DNA of 64,000 nucleotides from Candidatus Marinacidobacterales bacterium. GTDB lineage: Bacteria > Acidobacteriota > Vicinamibacteria > Marinacidobacterales > DATDRI01. Both the position numbers and the translations under genes were made by a program. The stretch spans positions 608,001 to 672,000 of the forward strand of contig CBDCNP010000002.1 in the NCBI GenBank assembly GCA_965219415.1. The letters run 5' to 3'. The notes below the pieces were generated by a model that searched no databases, was not told the DNA's origin, and was given only the letters and a program-made list of their open reading frames with translations. Below are positions 37,197 to 48,013 of the stretch, one piece after another; the first letter of the stretch is position 1; every line of letters begins with the position of its first letter.

Positions 37197-38114
37197 CTAC
37201 TCGGTGGCTGAGCTGCGTATGGCGAGAAACCGGCCGGCGAACCCATCGATGCTCACGCCGACCCGCCCCGGCATGACCGCTTGAGCGACAGCTACCATCC
37301 GCTGCCGATAACCAATGCCGGTCGAGTCGGAGTCTAATCCCTCCATCGCACCAGGTAGACGGGTGACGCGGGTACGGGCTCCATCCGGGCTTCCATCCCC
37401 TCCAATGAAATGATCGACGATGACCCCGTCCGCAACACGCTCGATACGCTCGAAGAATCGGTGGGGCTCGGCAATCGGGAGGAGCGGAGAGACCGTGATG
37501 ACGACGCGGAGGCCGTCTGCCTTCAGCATGGCGGCTGCCTCGAACCTCTTCTCTAACGAGCTCGCGGGCGGTGGTAAGCCAGGGATCGTTTCGCGATCGG
37601 TCTCGATCGAAATGTGCAAACGCAGATCGCACTGCTTCGCCAACTCGTGATAGAGGTCGGTGTACTGGGTGACCAAATGGGTGTGGGTCTGCACGATGAG
37701 AACGTCGGGAGCCGATTCATTCATCGCCTTCAGCAGACTCTCCGTTACCCGGAAGGTCGACTCCTGAGGCACGAAAGGGTCGGTGGAGCTCGAGAGAAAA
37801 ATACTGAACCCGCCGCGGGCGCGCCCTGCCCATCGGCGCTCCCTTTGATGCTGGCTCCGGTATGCTGCCGCAGCATTCGTGCGGACCTCGAGGAAGCTCC
37901 CCCAATCCTCGCCGCGCGTCAACCAGCGGTTGTGCTGTACATAGCAGCCGACACCGCACAGCGACTTTCCGTACGTACATCCTCGATAGGGCTGCATCGA
38001 ATGAGACGTGACCGTCTTGAGGTAGCCCGAAGTGCGAGTGAGGATGCTACGGACGCGAGTTTCGGTGATGTTGACGCCCATGACTAGAACCCTAGCGTGC
38101 GGCCACGATAGCAC
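37197..38114 (-). CDS. SplB-like radical SAM protein
   Basis: PYRGCTYGKSLCGVGCYV, SSSTDPF, SIETD. The start may be the ATG near 38082. Confidence 0.75.
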   Translation of the reverse strand: MLSWPHARVLVMGVNITETRVRSILTRTSGYLKTVTSHSMQPYRGCTYGKSLCGVGCYVQHNRWLTRGEDWGSFLEVRTNAAAAYRSQHQRERRWAGRARGGFSIFLSSSTDPFVPQESTFRVTESLLKAMNESAPDVLIVQTHTHLVTQYTDLYHELAKQCDLRLHISIETDRETIPGLPPPASSLEKRFEAAAMLKADGLRVVITVSPLLPIAEPHRFFERIERVADGVIVDHFIGGDGSPDGARTRVTRLPGAMEGLDSDSTGIGYRQRMVAVAQAVMPGRVGVSIDGFAGRFLAIRSSATE

Positions 38115-38138
38115 GAAGATCGCGCCCCGAGCAGAGAT

Positions 38139-39158
38139 TCACTCTCGAGATTCTGAGGATTCCTCGTTCCTCGACTCGCCCGGTGACACGTTAGGCACGT
38201 CAGGTGCGGACGCTTCGATTCTGGTCACCCCTTCGTACAAAGACAACTGACCTCCGTAGAACGCCAGTCGAACGACTAATTTGGCAACCAAGTAGGCCTG
38301 ACCGATCGCGAAGGCAAGCACGACACCGGTCATCGTGGACTGCCCTGCTCCGGGAGCCACGAACGCGTACAGGCCGAGCAGCACGATCGCCAAGATGCCG
38401 AGCCCATAGTAAAGTCCGAATGCCTTCGCCGGGTGAGAAAGAACGAACAGAAGGCCGCGCAGCGCCGCCAGCACCATACTGCTACGGTCCTCGACGAACG
38501 TGGCGATCTTCGCGTAGTCGAACGCCATGTTGACCAGAGTGAGCAGAAACACCACGACGGCAGTTCCCAAGAGCACGTAAATCAGGACAGTTCCTTCCAC
38601 GGTGACATCCCGTGTCCAGTAGTCGATTCGTCCGAAGAGCCACTCCGCGAACCGGTAAATAAGGTAGTAGAGAACGCCGGCCAGAACGATCAAACGAACA
38701 AAACGGAAGAAGAACCGCCCGCCGTTAGAGAAAAGACGACTAAGACTGAAGAAGCCCTCCGATTTGGAGAAGCGATCCAGGATCCCACCTACGAAGAGCG
38801 CCCAAACGAGCGCGTAGAGAACCCCCAGCCCGACGACTCCTGGGAACTGTTGGAAGAGGCCACCGAACAACCAGCCTTCGACGTTATTGTAGATGGCGCC
38901 GGGGCCGACGATGGTTGGGGTGAAGGTGCGCTCTAGCCCCACCGCGCCTTCCCGAAACTCTCCATACCAACCCAAATCGAAACCGGTTGCCAACTCCTCG
39001 TGCACCTGGCTGAAACCGATCGACGAGCGGATGGACTCCGACATAACAATTCCGGCGGGAAGCGCGATCGCGAAGTTCACGAGCCACAGCCAGATGACCA
39101 GACCGGGAGATTCGATAGCACGCCACAACCCAACGAAGATGGCTCTTATTGCAGACAT
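38139..39158 (-). CDS. hypothetical polytopic membrane protein
   Basis: Several TM helices; immediately downstream of the M1 peptidase. Confidence 0.7.
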   Translation of the reverse strand: MSAIRAIFVGLWRAIESPGLVIWLWLVNFAIALPAGIVMSESIRSSIGFSQVHEELATGFDLGWYGEFREGAVGLERTFTPTIVGPGAIYNNVEGWLFGGLFQQFPGVVGLGVLYALVWALFVGGILDRFSKSEGFFSLSRLFSNGGRFFFRFVRLIVLAGVLYYLIYRFAEWLFGRIDYWTRDVTVEGTVLIYVLLGTAVVVFLLTLVNMAFDYAKIATFVEDRSSMVLAALRGLLFVLSHPAKAFGLYYGLGILAIVLLGLYAFVAPGAGQSTMTGVVLAFAIGQAYLVAKLVVRLAFYGGQLSLYEGVTRIEASAPDVPNVSPGESRNEESSESRE

Positions 39159-39173
39159 GTTCTCTCCCTTCGG

Positions 39174-41222
39174 CTATACGAAGAACGCGAACGTGGCCAA
39201 GGCGTCCTGAAGCCAAATCATCCACTTCGAGCCCCACTTGCGCGCCGGGAACTTGGACGCGGGCGTAAGGAGCCTGGAGTTGTTGGTGTAATAAAGGTCG
39301 AGCACGAGTTTCCGATCCGGATCGACGATCGCGTACTTGAGCTTCGCCGGCCGTTCTTCGACGTAAAGCTCCCAACGCGAGGTGCCGTCCCACTCCTTGC
39401 GAACTTCCGTACCATCGTCGAAGACCATCAGGACATCGACCGGAAAGATGGCACTACCATAGCGGCGAACCACAACTTCGGTGCGATAGAGCTCACCGTC
39501 GTCATCGGGTTCGGAGTAGATGAGCTTTCCGTCCCGCTCGACGAATCCTTCGACTTTTATCGGCTCGCTCGCCACCGATTGAACGGCGTAGTCGAACGTC
39601 TCCGAGCCCCCGTGCACCTGGTCGAAGAACCAAGTGAGGTCGGTCTCCGCAACCTCGTTGGCCACGTCGAAGAAATCTTGCGGGCGGGGATGGCGCAAGC
39701 GGAAACGTTCGAAGAAGGTCGACATGACCTCTTGCAGGGTGTCCCAACCGAGATACCGCTCGAGCGTGAGAAGCCAAAGCGCCGTCTTGTTGTAACTAAT
39801 CGCGCTGGACGATCCGGGAAAGTATTTGTACGTCGGGGTAGATTGAAGGTCCGCGGTCGCTACCGAGCGGTATCCGTCCAGCCGACTCCCCCCGACGCGT
39901 GAGCGTTTGATGTCCTTAAAGAGGACCGGGAGGAATCCACCGCGGATGCGCATCCCGGGAGGCCTCAGGTAACGCCGCACCAACACGTTGCCGCCGTAAG
40001 TAACTTCCATCGTGCGCGCGGTGGAGAACGTATTGAGCCCTTCGTCCAACCAGGCAAACTCGAACTCGTTGTTTCCTACCAACCCGTACCAGAACTGGTG
40101 ACCGGCCTCATGAACGGTGACTCCCTCCGGCGAGCCGGCCGCGAAGGGATTGAAGAGGCGCGTGCCGCAGGTGAAGATGGTGGGATACTCCATCCCCCCC
40201 GCCCCGGAGCCGAAGGCGGGATCGACCACGGTGATGTGATCATAAGGATAAGGACCGTACCACTTGCCGTAATTGAGAAGCGCCGCGGCAGTCGCGTCGA
40301 AATGCCGCGCCGCTTGCTCGAGGTGCTCGGGCTGGAGGAGCAATCGCATGTCCACCGAGGGCAGCCCCGGCTCCTCGAAGCGTGATTCCCGCACCAAGTA
40401 GTCAGGGCTGGTCGTCCATGTGAAATCGTGGACATCCTCCTGCCGGTATCGATGGGTTACCGTCTCGTCGGGATTGACCTCCAGATCGACTTCCTTCCCC
40501 GTCGCTCCAAGGACATACTCCTTCGGCACCGTCATGCTGACATCGTAGACTCCGTAATCGGAGTAGAACTCGGTGGCAACGTGGAATTGATGATTGTTCC
40601 AACCTTCTTCCTCGAACACACCGAGCTTCGGAAACCAGTGCGCGAGAAAGAAGAAGTCTCCCCGGAAACCGGTGCGGCGGAACGTGCGGGGAATCTTCGA
40701 TCGCCAGGCCACCTCGATCTGAATGGTCTCGCTCGGCCCCACCGGCGTGGGGAGCGGCACTACCAGGACCGTTCGGTCGTTAGGGTTTCCATCGTCCGGC
40801 GAGGCGTAGCGCATACGGCCGGTGAGGTCGTTTCCCGAGTAGCCCATCCCGGGCAACAGTTTGATGGAATTGACTTCGACGTAGCCCCAGTCGCCTTCCT
40901 CGATCCGAGGTTCGGATAGAGGCCGGCGCAATCGGCCTTCTAGAATCCACGTGCTCCGATTGTTTCGCCAGGCGTTCCAATAGAGATGGAACCGGAGCTC
41001 GTCAGTGGGCTGCTCTTGGACGTTGGTCCAGGTAATCGTCTCTCGCCCCGCTAACGTCTTGCTCTCGGGATCCAAAGTGACTTCGATCCGGTAGTTCGCG
41101 TTGCGGGGCGCCGCGGCTTCCGTCTCGACTGGCTCTTCCTGCGCGAAAAGGAATGAAACTGACGACAATCCGAGCGCTGCGACCCAGGTCGAGCATCGGA
41201 GAAGCGATCTGCAACGCTTCAT
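39174..41222 (-). CDS. M1 family metallo-aminopeptidase
   Basis: GGMEYP and HEAGH...WLDEG; signal peptide from the ATG at 41222. Confidence 0.9.
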   Translation of the reverse strand: MKRCRSLLRCSTWVAALGLSSVSFLFAQEEPVETEAAAPRNANYRIEVTLDPESKTLAGRETITWTNVQEQPTDELRFHLYWNAWRNNRSTWILEGRLRRPLSEPRIEEGDWGYVEVNSIKLLPGMGYSGNDLTGRMRYASPDDGNPNDRTVLVVPLPTPVGPSETIQIEVAWRSKIPRTFRRTGFRGDFFFLAHWFPKLGVFEEEGWNNHQFHVATEFYSDYGVYDVSMTVPKEYVLGATGKEVDLEVNPDETVTHRYRQEDVHDFTWTTSPDYLVRESRFEEPGLPSVDMRLLLQPEHLEQAARHFDATAAALLNYGKWYGPYPYDHITVVDPAFGSGAGGMEYPTIFTCGTRLFNPFAAGSPEGVTVHEAGHQFWYGLVGNNEFEFAWLDEGLNTFSTARTMEVTYGGNVLVRRYLRPPGMRIRGGFLPVLFKDIKRSRVGGSRLDGYRSVATADLQSTPTYKYFPGSSSAISYNKTALWLLTLERYLGWDTLQEVMSTFFERFRLRHPRPQDFFDVANEVAETDLTWFFDQVHGGSETFDYAVQSVASEPIKVEGFVERDGKLIYSEPDDDGELYRTEVVVRRYGSAIFPVDVLMVFDDGTEVRKEWDGTSRWELYVEERPAKLKYAIVDPDRKLVLDLYYTNNSRLLTPASKFPARKWGSKWMIWLQDALATFAFFV

Positions 41223-41342
41223 AAAGGCCTCCTGCCGAACGGCATTTCGATAAGACGAATCCGAAAAACGCGTGATTATAAAGGTCCCCTTTCGCCGTTT
41301 CAAACCGCGGTATACTCGCCGTGCCTGCCTAGGAGGACCGCA

Positions 41343-42248
41343 ATGAAGATCGCCGTTACCGGGGCCACCGGTCTCATCGGCACCGCCCTCAGCGAGAGGC
41401 TTCACAAGCAAGGAAACGAAATTATCGCGATCTCGCGACGAAAGAATCTCTCGTCACCTTATAGCGTCGTCCATTGGAATGTGGAGCGCGGGGAGCTCGA
41501 TACGTCAGCCCTCGAGGGCATCGATGCGGTCGTGCACCTGGCCGGAGAGACGATCGCGGAACGATGGAGCGCAAGAAAGAAGGCACTTATCCGTAGCAGC
41601 CGCGTCGAGGGGACCAAGCTTCTGGTCGAAGGCTTGAAGAGTCTCTCCAAGAAACCCTCGGTGCTTGTCAGCTCATCCGCTATCGGTTTCTATGGAAACC
41701 GGGGTGACGAAGAGCTAGACGAGAGTGCCGCCCCGGGCACGGGATACTTGCCGGAAGTCTGCCAGGACTGGGAAGCAGAGGCGGCCCGTGCGGACAAGCT
41801 CGGAATGAGAGTCGTGCGCATGCGAGGAGGCATCGTCTTGTCCACTAAAGGGGGGGCATTGGCGAAAATGCTGTTGCCGTTCAAGCTTGGTCTCGGCGGA
41901 CCCGTCGGAAGTGGGCGGCAGTGGATGTCTTGGATTCACATTGATGACGTCGTGGGTGGATACCATTTCGCCCTCCACCAGCCGGAGTTTCATGGTGTCG
42001 CCAACTTGAACGCGCCTAGACCGGCCCGAAACCGCGAGTTCACCAAGGCTCTGGGACGAGCCGTATCGCGCCCGGCCTTGCTCCCGGCACCCGGGTTTGC
42101 GCTGAAGCTGGTTTTCGGCGAAATGGCCCAGGATCTGCTACTCGACGGCCAAAGGGTCTTGCCTCGCCACTTGGAGCAAGCGGGTTTCAAGTTCCAATAC
42201 CCCGGTCTGGACGAGGCGCTGCGGGACATCATCTCGGCACGCAAATAG
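41343..42248 (+). CDS. TIGR01777/YfcH-type NAD-dependent epimerase family protein
   Basis: TGATGLIG, HLAGE, GSGRQWMSWIHIDD. Confidence 0.92.
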   Translation: MKIAVTGATGLIGTALSERLHKQGNEIIAISRRKNLSSPYSVVHWNVERGELDTSALEGIDAVVHLAGETIAERWSARKKALIRSSRVEGTKLLVEGLKSLSKKPSVLVSSSAIGFYGNRGDEELDESAAPGTGYLPEVCQDWEAEAARADKLGMRVVRMRGGIVLSTKGGALAKMLLPFKLGLGGPVGSGRQWMSWIHIDDVVGGYHFALHQPEFHGVANLNAPRPARNREFTKALGRAVSRPALLPAPGFALKLVFGEMAQDLLLDGQRVLPRHLEQAGFKFQYPGLDEALRDIISARK

Positions 42249-42299
42249 CCTCGCCGGCCCCCAGGGACGCCCGCAAGGAGCCTGATATAATGGCGCCAT

Positions 42300-44609
42300 A
42301 TGGAATTTGACGCTCCTCCGGGGGATTTCCCGAAAGCTCCTCAACAACCCTCCGAACCCTCGCATCGCGGCGCGCGCTTGGTGCATTGGTTGGTCCTGCT
42401 CTTTTTGTTTGTGTTGTCCGTCGCGGGTGGCTCCCTCACCGGATTACTGATTGCCTATCAAACCGACCTGCCCCAAATCGAGACCCTGGAGGACTACAAG
42501 CCGAGCATCATCTCCGAACTCTACTCCGACGAGGGTAACGTCATCGCGGAATTCGCGGTGGAACGGCGGGTGGTGATCCCCTTCGAAGAAATCCCGCCAT
42601 ACCTCAAGGACGCCCTGGTGGCGACCGAGGACAAACATTTCTACCGACACCCTGGGATCGACCCCACCGGCATCGCGCGGGCGGCATACGTGAACATGGT
42701 GCAAGGGCGCCGCGGCCAGGGTGGGAGCACGATCACGCAGCAACTCTCACGCCTGTTGTTCCTCACCAAGGCGCTTACGTACGAGAGAAAAATCAAGGAG
42801 GCGATCCTCGCTTTTCAGATCGAGAAAAACTACACCAAAGACGAAATCCTCACGCTTTATTGCAACCAGGTGCCCCTCGGAAAGGGCGTCTACGGCGTTG
42901 AGGCAGCCGCACAGTTCTATTTCGGCAAGCCGACGCGAGATTTGTCGCTCGAGGAGGCCGCTCTGATCGCTGGCTTACCCGGCCGCCCGGCGACATTCAA
43001 CCCGTTTGACAACCCGGAGCGCGCATTCGTGCGCAGGAACCACGTGCTCAACCGCATGTACGAGGAGCGGTTCATCCTCAAGGATGTTAAGAACGCCCTC
43101 CAGCAGCGGCCCATCCAGATACGTCGACGGGAGCGCAGCGACGAAATGGCCGCCTACTTCGTGGAGGAAGTCCGGCAGTACTTGGAGCACAAGTACGGAA
43201 GCCAGCGGATCTACCGCGGAGGACTTCGCGTCTACACGACGTTGAGCGAAAGCATGCAACGGTCGGCCGAAAAGGCTATGGACCAAGCTCTCCGAGATCT
43301 CGATAAACGGCAGGGGTTCCGCCCGGTTGAGTTCAACGTACACAGAGATACGGAAGGCGCCATCGACGATTTCGTGGCCGACGATTGGGGAGAGCCGCTT
43401 TCGGTCGGAGAAGTCGTGACCGGGGTGGTTACAGCCGTCGACGACCGAAAGGCGACGGTGTGCATCGATCGCTACACCGCAACGGTGGATGCCAAAGCCA
43501 TCGAGTGGACGAAAGAAAAACGGCCCGCCGCCATCCTCAAGTTGGGCGATGTCACCGATTTCAAGATCCAATCCATCGACCCTCCAACCGAAACGGTGAC
43601 CGTCACTCTTGAGCAAGAACCGGTGGCCGAAGGGGCCTTCCTGGCCCTCGAGACCAGAACCGGCCAAATCAAAGCGATGTTTGGCGGCTTCGACTTCGCG
43701 CGCAGCAAGTTCAATCGTGCTGTGCAGGCGCGCCGACAGCCCGGATCGGCGTTCAAACCCTTTGCTTACGCCGCAGCTATCGACGCCGGATTCACCGCCA
43801 CCTCCCTCATCCTCGATGCCCCGGTCCAATATCAAGATCCGATAACGGAGGAGATCTACGAGCCATCGAACTACAATGGCAAGTACGAAGGATGGGTCAC
43901 TCTTCGCCGAGCCCTCGAGGCCTCTCGCAACGTGCCGGCGGTCCGTTTGACCGAACAGATCGGACCCGAAAAAGCAGCGGAGATGGCCCGCCGATTGGGA
44001 CTGGCCGGACCCCTTCCACCTTACATGAGTTTACCGCTGGGCTCAGCGGAAGCGAGCCTCATCGAGATGGTATCGGCCTACTCCGCATTTCCCAATCAAG
44101 GGATCAGAATGCGGCCCTACTTCGTTACCAAGGTGACGGATAGGGACGGCAACCTCCTCGAGGAGGCCCACCCCAAGGCGGCCAGCGCCATCCGTGCCGA
44201 CACCGCGTACATCGTGACTAGCCTGTTGCAGGGCGTCGTGCAACGAGGCACCGGAGCGCGGGCGGCTCAACTGGGACGGCCGATGGGGGGTAAGACCGGA
44301 ACCACCAACGACTATACGGACGCGTGGTTCATCGGATTCGACCCCGGCTTAGCGGCAGGCGTTTGGGTCGGTTTCGACGAGAAACGCTCTTTGGGAGAGA
44401 AAGAAGTTGGAGCACGGACCGCGCTTCCCGCCTGGATCAGCTTCATGGGTGAAGTGAGAGCGGATTCACCGGTTGAGGACTTCTCTGTTCCCTCGAACAT
44501 CGTCTTTGTTCCGGTGGATCGGCATACCGGTTATCCGAGCCACAGTTCGGGTAAGGATGTGATCTTGGAAGCGTATATATCTGGCACCGAGCCAGCGGGG
44601 TATCCTTGA
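42300..44609 (+). CDS. penicillin-binding protein 1A (bifunctional)
   Basis: EDKHFYRHPG, GGSTITQQ, RKIKE; SAFK, SRN and KTG motifs. Confidence 0.95.
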   Translation: MEFDAPPGDFPKAPQQPSEPSHRGARLVHWLVLLFLFVLSVAGGSLTGLLIAYQTDLPQIETLEDYKPSIISELYSDEGNVIAEFAVERRVVIPFEEIPPYLKDALVATEDKHFYRHPGIDPTGIARAAYVNMVQGRRGQGGSTITQQLSRLLFLTKALTYERKIKEAILAFQIEKNYTKDEILTLYCNQVPLGKGVYGVEAAAQFYFGKPTRDLSLEEAALIAGLPGRPATFNPFDNPERAFVRRNHVLNRMYEERFILKDVKNALQQRPIQIRRRERSDEMAAYFVEEVRQYLEHKYGSQRIYRGGLRVYTTLSESMQRSAEKAMDQALRDLDKRQGFRPVEFNVHRDTEGAIDDFVADDWGEPLSVGEVVTGVVTAVDDRKATVCIDRYTATVDAKAIEWTKEKRPAAILKLGDVTDFKIQSIDPPTETVTVTLEQEPVAEGAFLALETRTGQIKAMFGGFDFARSKFNRAVQARRQPGSAFKPFAYAAAIDAGFTATSLILDAPVQYQDPITEEIYEPSNYNGKYEGWVTLRRALEASRNVPAVRLTEQIGPEKAAEMARRLGLAGPLPPYMSLPLGSAEASLIEMVSAYSAFPNQGIRMRPYFVTKVTDRDGNLLEEAHPKAASAIRADTAYIVTSLLQGVVQRGTGARAAQLGRPMGGKTGTTNDYTDAWFIGFDPGLAAGVWVGFDEKRSLGEKEVGARTALPAWISFMGEVRADSPVEDFSVPSNIVFVPVDRHTGYPSHSSGKDVILEAYISGTEPAGYP

Positions 44610-44686
44610 GGAGGCGCCGCGTGTGGGCGCCCAAACAGTGGCGTTGCCTCGGCTACATCGAGGCAGGGCGCCGGAGCTAGAAGCCA

Positions 44687-45301
44687 ATGAAGAAAGTCTT
44701 TGCTGCAGGGTGTGGCGTTCTTGTGTTGGTGGCATTGCTGGTCGCGGCGGTCGCAGTTCTGTGGGGCCTCGGGTCTTACAATCGGCTGGTTGGCCTCGAC
44801 GAGCAGGTCAGTGCCTCCTGGTCCCAGGTCGAGAACGTGTATCAGCGGCGAGCCGACTTGATTCCCAACTTGGTCAACACCGTCCAGGGCGCAGCAGATT
44901 TCGAACGAGAAACCCTCACCGCCGTCATCGAGGCCCGAGCCAAAGCCACGTCCGTCCAGCTGACGCCGGGAGAGTTGAGCGATCCCCAAGCGCTGGCTCG
45001 ATTCGAGCAAGCCCAGAGCGGACTAGGAAGCGCCCTGGGACGCCTGATGGTGGTCGTCGAGCGTTACCCCGATATCAAGGCCAATCAGAACTTCGTCCAG
45101 CTCCAGGACGAGTTGGCCGGTACGGAGAACCGAATCGCCGTCGAGCGCAAACGCTTCAATGAGTCCGCGCAAGCCTTCGATACGGCTCGGCGACGCTTCC
45201 CCACCGTCATGATCGCCGGTTGGTTGGGATTCGATGAGAAGGCCTATTTCCAGGCGACTCCAGGAGCGGACCAACCCCCGGTCGTCGATTTCGATTCCTG
45301 A
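44687..45301 (+). CDS. lemA: LemA family protein
   Basis: YQRRADLIPNLV, ERYPDIKA, GTENRIAVER. Confidence 0.93.
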   Translation: MKKVFAAGCGVLVLVALLVAAVAVLWGLGSYNRLVGLDEQVSASWSQVENVYQRRADLIPNLVNTVQGAADFERETLTAVIEARAKATSVQLTPGELSDPQALARFEQAQSGLGSALGRLMVVVERYPDIKANQNFVQLQDELAGTENRIAVERKRFNESAQAFDTARRRFPTVMIAGWLGFDEKAYFQATPGADQPPVVDFDS

Positions 45302-45445
45302 CCGACGCCTTGCCCAAGTATGGTCGTGGCAACAACCCCCGTTTAGCGTCAGAAACCAAACGACTCAAAATCTAAGCGCCACATACTCAATAGCAATATA
45401 TAAACACCTAAAATACAGCGTGTTAGCGTTGCGATAGATCCATCC

Positions 45446-45474
45446 TTGACAATTTCACACTAAATTTGTATAGT
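45446..45474 (+). promoter_or_regulatory. sigma70 promoter upstream of lon
   Basis: TTGACA (45446-45451), 17-nt spacer, TATAGT (45469-45474). Confidence 0.7.
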
Positions 45475-45574
45475 TAGTAAGCATCGACAGGTAATAACCG
45501 GCGTCCAGGCGGGCACTGAAACGTGGGATGCCCTACTTTCGAGGCAAGGCCTGCTTGATGACCGAGGAGAATAA

Positions 45575-48007
45575 ATGACAACCAAAGAGCAGAAGCAGCC
45601 GACTCCAGAGGGAATCCAAGGGGCGATTCCTATCCTCCCATTGCGAGACACATCCATTTTTCCACACTCCATCCTTCCCCTTGCCGTGGGTCGAGAGAGC
45701 ACGGTTCGATTGCTCGAAGAGAACTCGGACACCGCCGAGTTCATCGGTGTTGTAACCCAGCGTGATGCCACCATCGAGACGCCGACCGGCTCCGATCTCT
45801 ACGAAGTGGGCACCGGGGTCAAGATTCACAAATCGGTTCGAATGCCCGATCGGTCGGTTCGGTTGGTTGTTCAGGGCTTGTTCCGATTCCGGGTTCTTCG
45901 GGTAGTCCAGACTGCCCCCTACATTCGCGCCGACATCGAAGTCCTCTCGGATGTCATCTCCCCCGAAGAAGAGCTAGAGATCGATGCTCTGACCCGTAAC
46001 CTGCAGTCGGTCTTCTCCAAAGTCGTCGAGCTTTCACCCAATCTCTCCGACGAGGTCTCCTCGCTGAGCTCCGCTACCCAAGGTGGTAGCCGCCTGGCAG
46101 ACTTCATAGCGCAGAACCTTCCCAGCCTAGAGACGCCGGCCCGCCAAACCGTGCTCGAGACCTTGGAGGTCAGGCAACGGTTGACCCTAGTGCACCAGGC
46201 CCTGTTGCGGGAGCAGGAAGTCCTCGAGCTGGGGAACAAGATCGAATCCCAGGTCAAGGACGAGGTGGGAAAGACCCAGCGCGAGTATTACTTGCGCGAG
46301 CAGCTCAAGGCCATTCAGAAGGAGCTGGGCGAGACCGACGAAAACACAAAAGAAGTCGAGGAGCTCCGCCAGAAGATAGAAGACGCCGGCATGCCGGAAG
46401 AAGCGAAGAAAGAGGCCCTGCGTGAAGTCAACCGCCTCGCCAAAATTCCGCCAGCCTCTGCCGAGTACACGGTCGGACGCACCTATCTCGACTGGATCGT
46501 CCGCGTACCCTGGTCCACTCGCACCGAGGACGTCTACGATATTCCCAAGGCCAAAGAGATCCTAGAGGCGGACCATTACGACCTGGAGAAGGTTAAGGAT
46601 CGGATCTTGGAGTTCCTCGCGGTTCGAAAGATGAAGCCGGATATCAAAGGCCCCATCCTGTGCTTCATGGGACCTCCGGGCGTCGGCAAGACAAGCCTCG
46701 GCAAGTCGATCGCCAAAGCCCTGGGTAGGAAGTTCGCTCGCATTAGCCTGGGCGGGATTCGCGACGAGGCGGAGATCCGGGGTCACCGGAGAACCTACAT
46801 CGGAGCACTGCCGGGGCAGATCATTCAGAGCCTCTACCGCGCCGAGTCCAAAAATCCGGTGTTCATCTTGGACGAGATCGACAAGCTAGGAATGGATTTC
46901 CGGGGCGATCCGAGCTCCGCCTTGCTCGAGGTGCTCGATCCCGAGCAGAACAACTCGTTCCGGGATCACTATCTCGACCTGCCGTTCGATCTGTCGGAGG
47001 TGCTCTTCATCGCGACCGCCAACATCATGGATCCCGTTCCGCCGGCCCTCAAGGACCGCCTGGAAGTCATCCATCTGGCCGGTTACACCGAAGAAGAGAA
47101 GATCGAGATCGCGGAAAGGCACCTCATTCCACGCCAGCTCGAAAATCATGGGCTTAAACCGGACGTGGCCCCCCGATTCACTCGTGAGGCTTTGGCGGAA
47201 ATCATCCGCCACTACACGAAGGAAGCCGGTCTCCGAAACGTGGAGCGGGCCATTGCCTCGATTTGCCGCAAAGCGACCAGGAAATGGGCGGAGGGCGCTA
47301 CCGAACCGGTGACCGTCACCCCGGAATCCCTTCAGGAATTCCTGGGTGCACCGACGTTTCTATCTCGCGAGATTTCCGAGCGAGTCAAGGTGCCGGGAGT
47401 TGCAATCGGAATGGCGTGGACTCCGGCAGGCGGAGACATTCTCTTCGTCGAAGCCTCCAAGGTAAAAGGCGCCAAGAATCTTCAGCTGACCGGCCAGCTG
47501 GGCGACGTCATGAAAGAGTCGGCGCGCGCGGCCCTCACCTGGGTCAGGGCTCATGGTCAGGAGTTAGGACTAGACGCTGATTTCTACCGCCGGCTCGACC
47601 TCCACCTTCACGTCCCGGAAGGCTCGATTCCGAAAGATGGCCCTTCGGCAGGTGTGACCATGGTGACCGCCTTGGTATCGGTACTGACCGGAACACCGAC
47701 GCGCCATGACGTCGCCATGAGCGGGGAAATCACGCTGACCGGACACGTCCTCCCAGTAGGCGGGCTCAAGGAAAAACTCCTAGCCGCACATCGCTACGGG
47801 ATCAAGACGGTCATCATTCCCAAGCTGAACGAAAAAGCAGTGCTAGAAGATCTTAGCAAAGGGATTCGCGAGGAGCTCACCATCCATCTGGTCTCGAACC
47901 TGGACGAGGTATTAAAGATCGTATTCCCCGCCTTGGCTCCCGGCCTGCTACCGCCAGCCCCGCTTCCCGGCGGTACCGATCCTTCGCGCCACATCCCCTT
48001 GCAGTGA
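45575..48007 (+). CDS. lon: Lon protease (endopeptidase La)
   Basis: [29 protein letters not shown]. Confidence 0.97.
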   Translation: MTTKEQKQPTPEGIQGAIPILPLRDTSIFPHSILPLAVGRESTVRLLEENSDTAEFIGVVTQRDATIETPTGSDLYEVGTGVKIHKSVRMPDRSVRLVVQGLFRFRVLRVVQTAPYIRADIEVLSDVISPEEELEIDALTRNLQSVFSKVVELSPNLSDEVSSLSSATQGGSRLADFIAQNLPSLETPARQTVLETLEVRQRLTLVHQALLREQEVLELGNKIESQVKDEVGKTQREYYLREQLKAIQKELGETDENTKEVEELRQKIEDAGMPEEAKKEALREVNRLAKIPPASAEYTVGRTYLDWIVRVPWSTRTEDVYDIPKAKEILEADHYDLEKVKDRILEFLAVRKMKPDIKGPILCFMGPPGVGKTSLGKSIAKALGRKFARISLGGIRDEAEIRGHRRTYIGALPGQIIQSLYRAESKNPVFILDEIDKLGMDFRGDPSSALLEVLDPEQNNSFRDHYLDLPFDLSEVLFIATANIMDPVPPALKDRLEVIHLAGYTEEEKIEIAERHLIPRQLENHGLKPDVAPRFTREALAEIIRHYTKEAGLRNVERAIASICRKATRKWAEGATEPVTVTPESLQEFLGAPTFLSREISERVKVPGVAIGMAWTPAGGDILFVEASKVKGAKNLQLTGQLGDVMKESARAALTWVRAHGQELGLDADFYRRLDLHLHVPEGSIPKDGPSAGVTMVTALVSVLTGTPTRHDVAMSGEITLTGHVLPVGGLKEKLLAAHRYGIKTVIIPKLNEKAVLEDLSKGIREELTIHLVSNLDEVLKIVFPALAPGLLPPAPLPGGTDPSRHIPLQ

Positions 48008-48013
48008 TCGGCT

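Noticed and set aside
45420-45500. CIRCE element upstream of lon and the DnaJ-class gene
   Set aside because: TTAG-starting sequences are present but do not match TTAGCACTC-N9-GAGTGCTAA.
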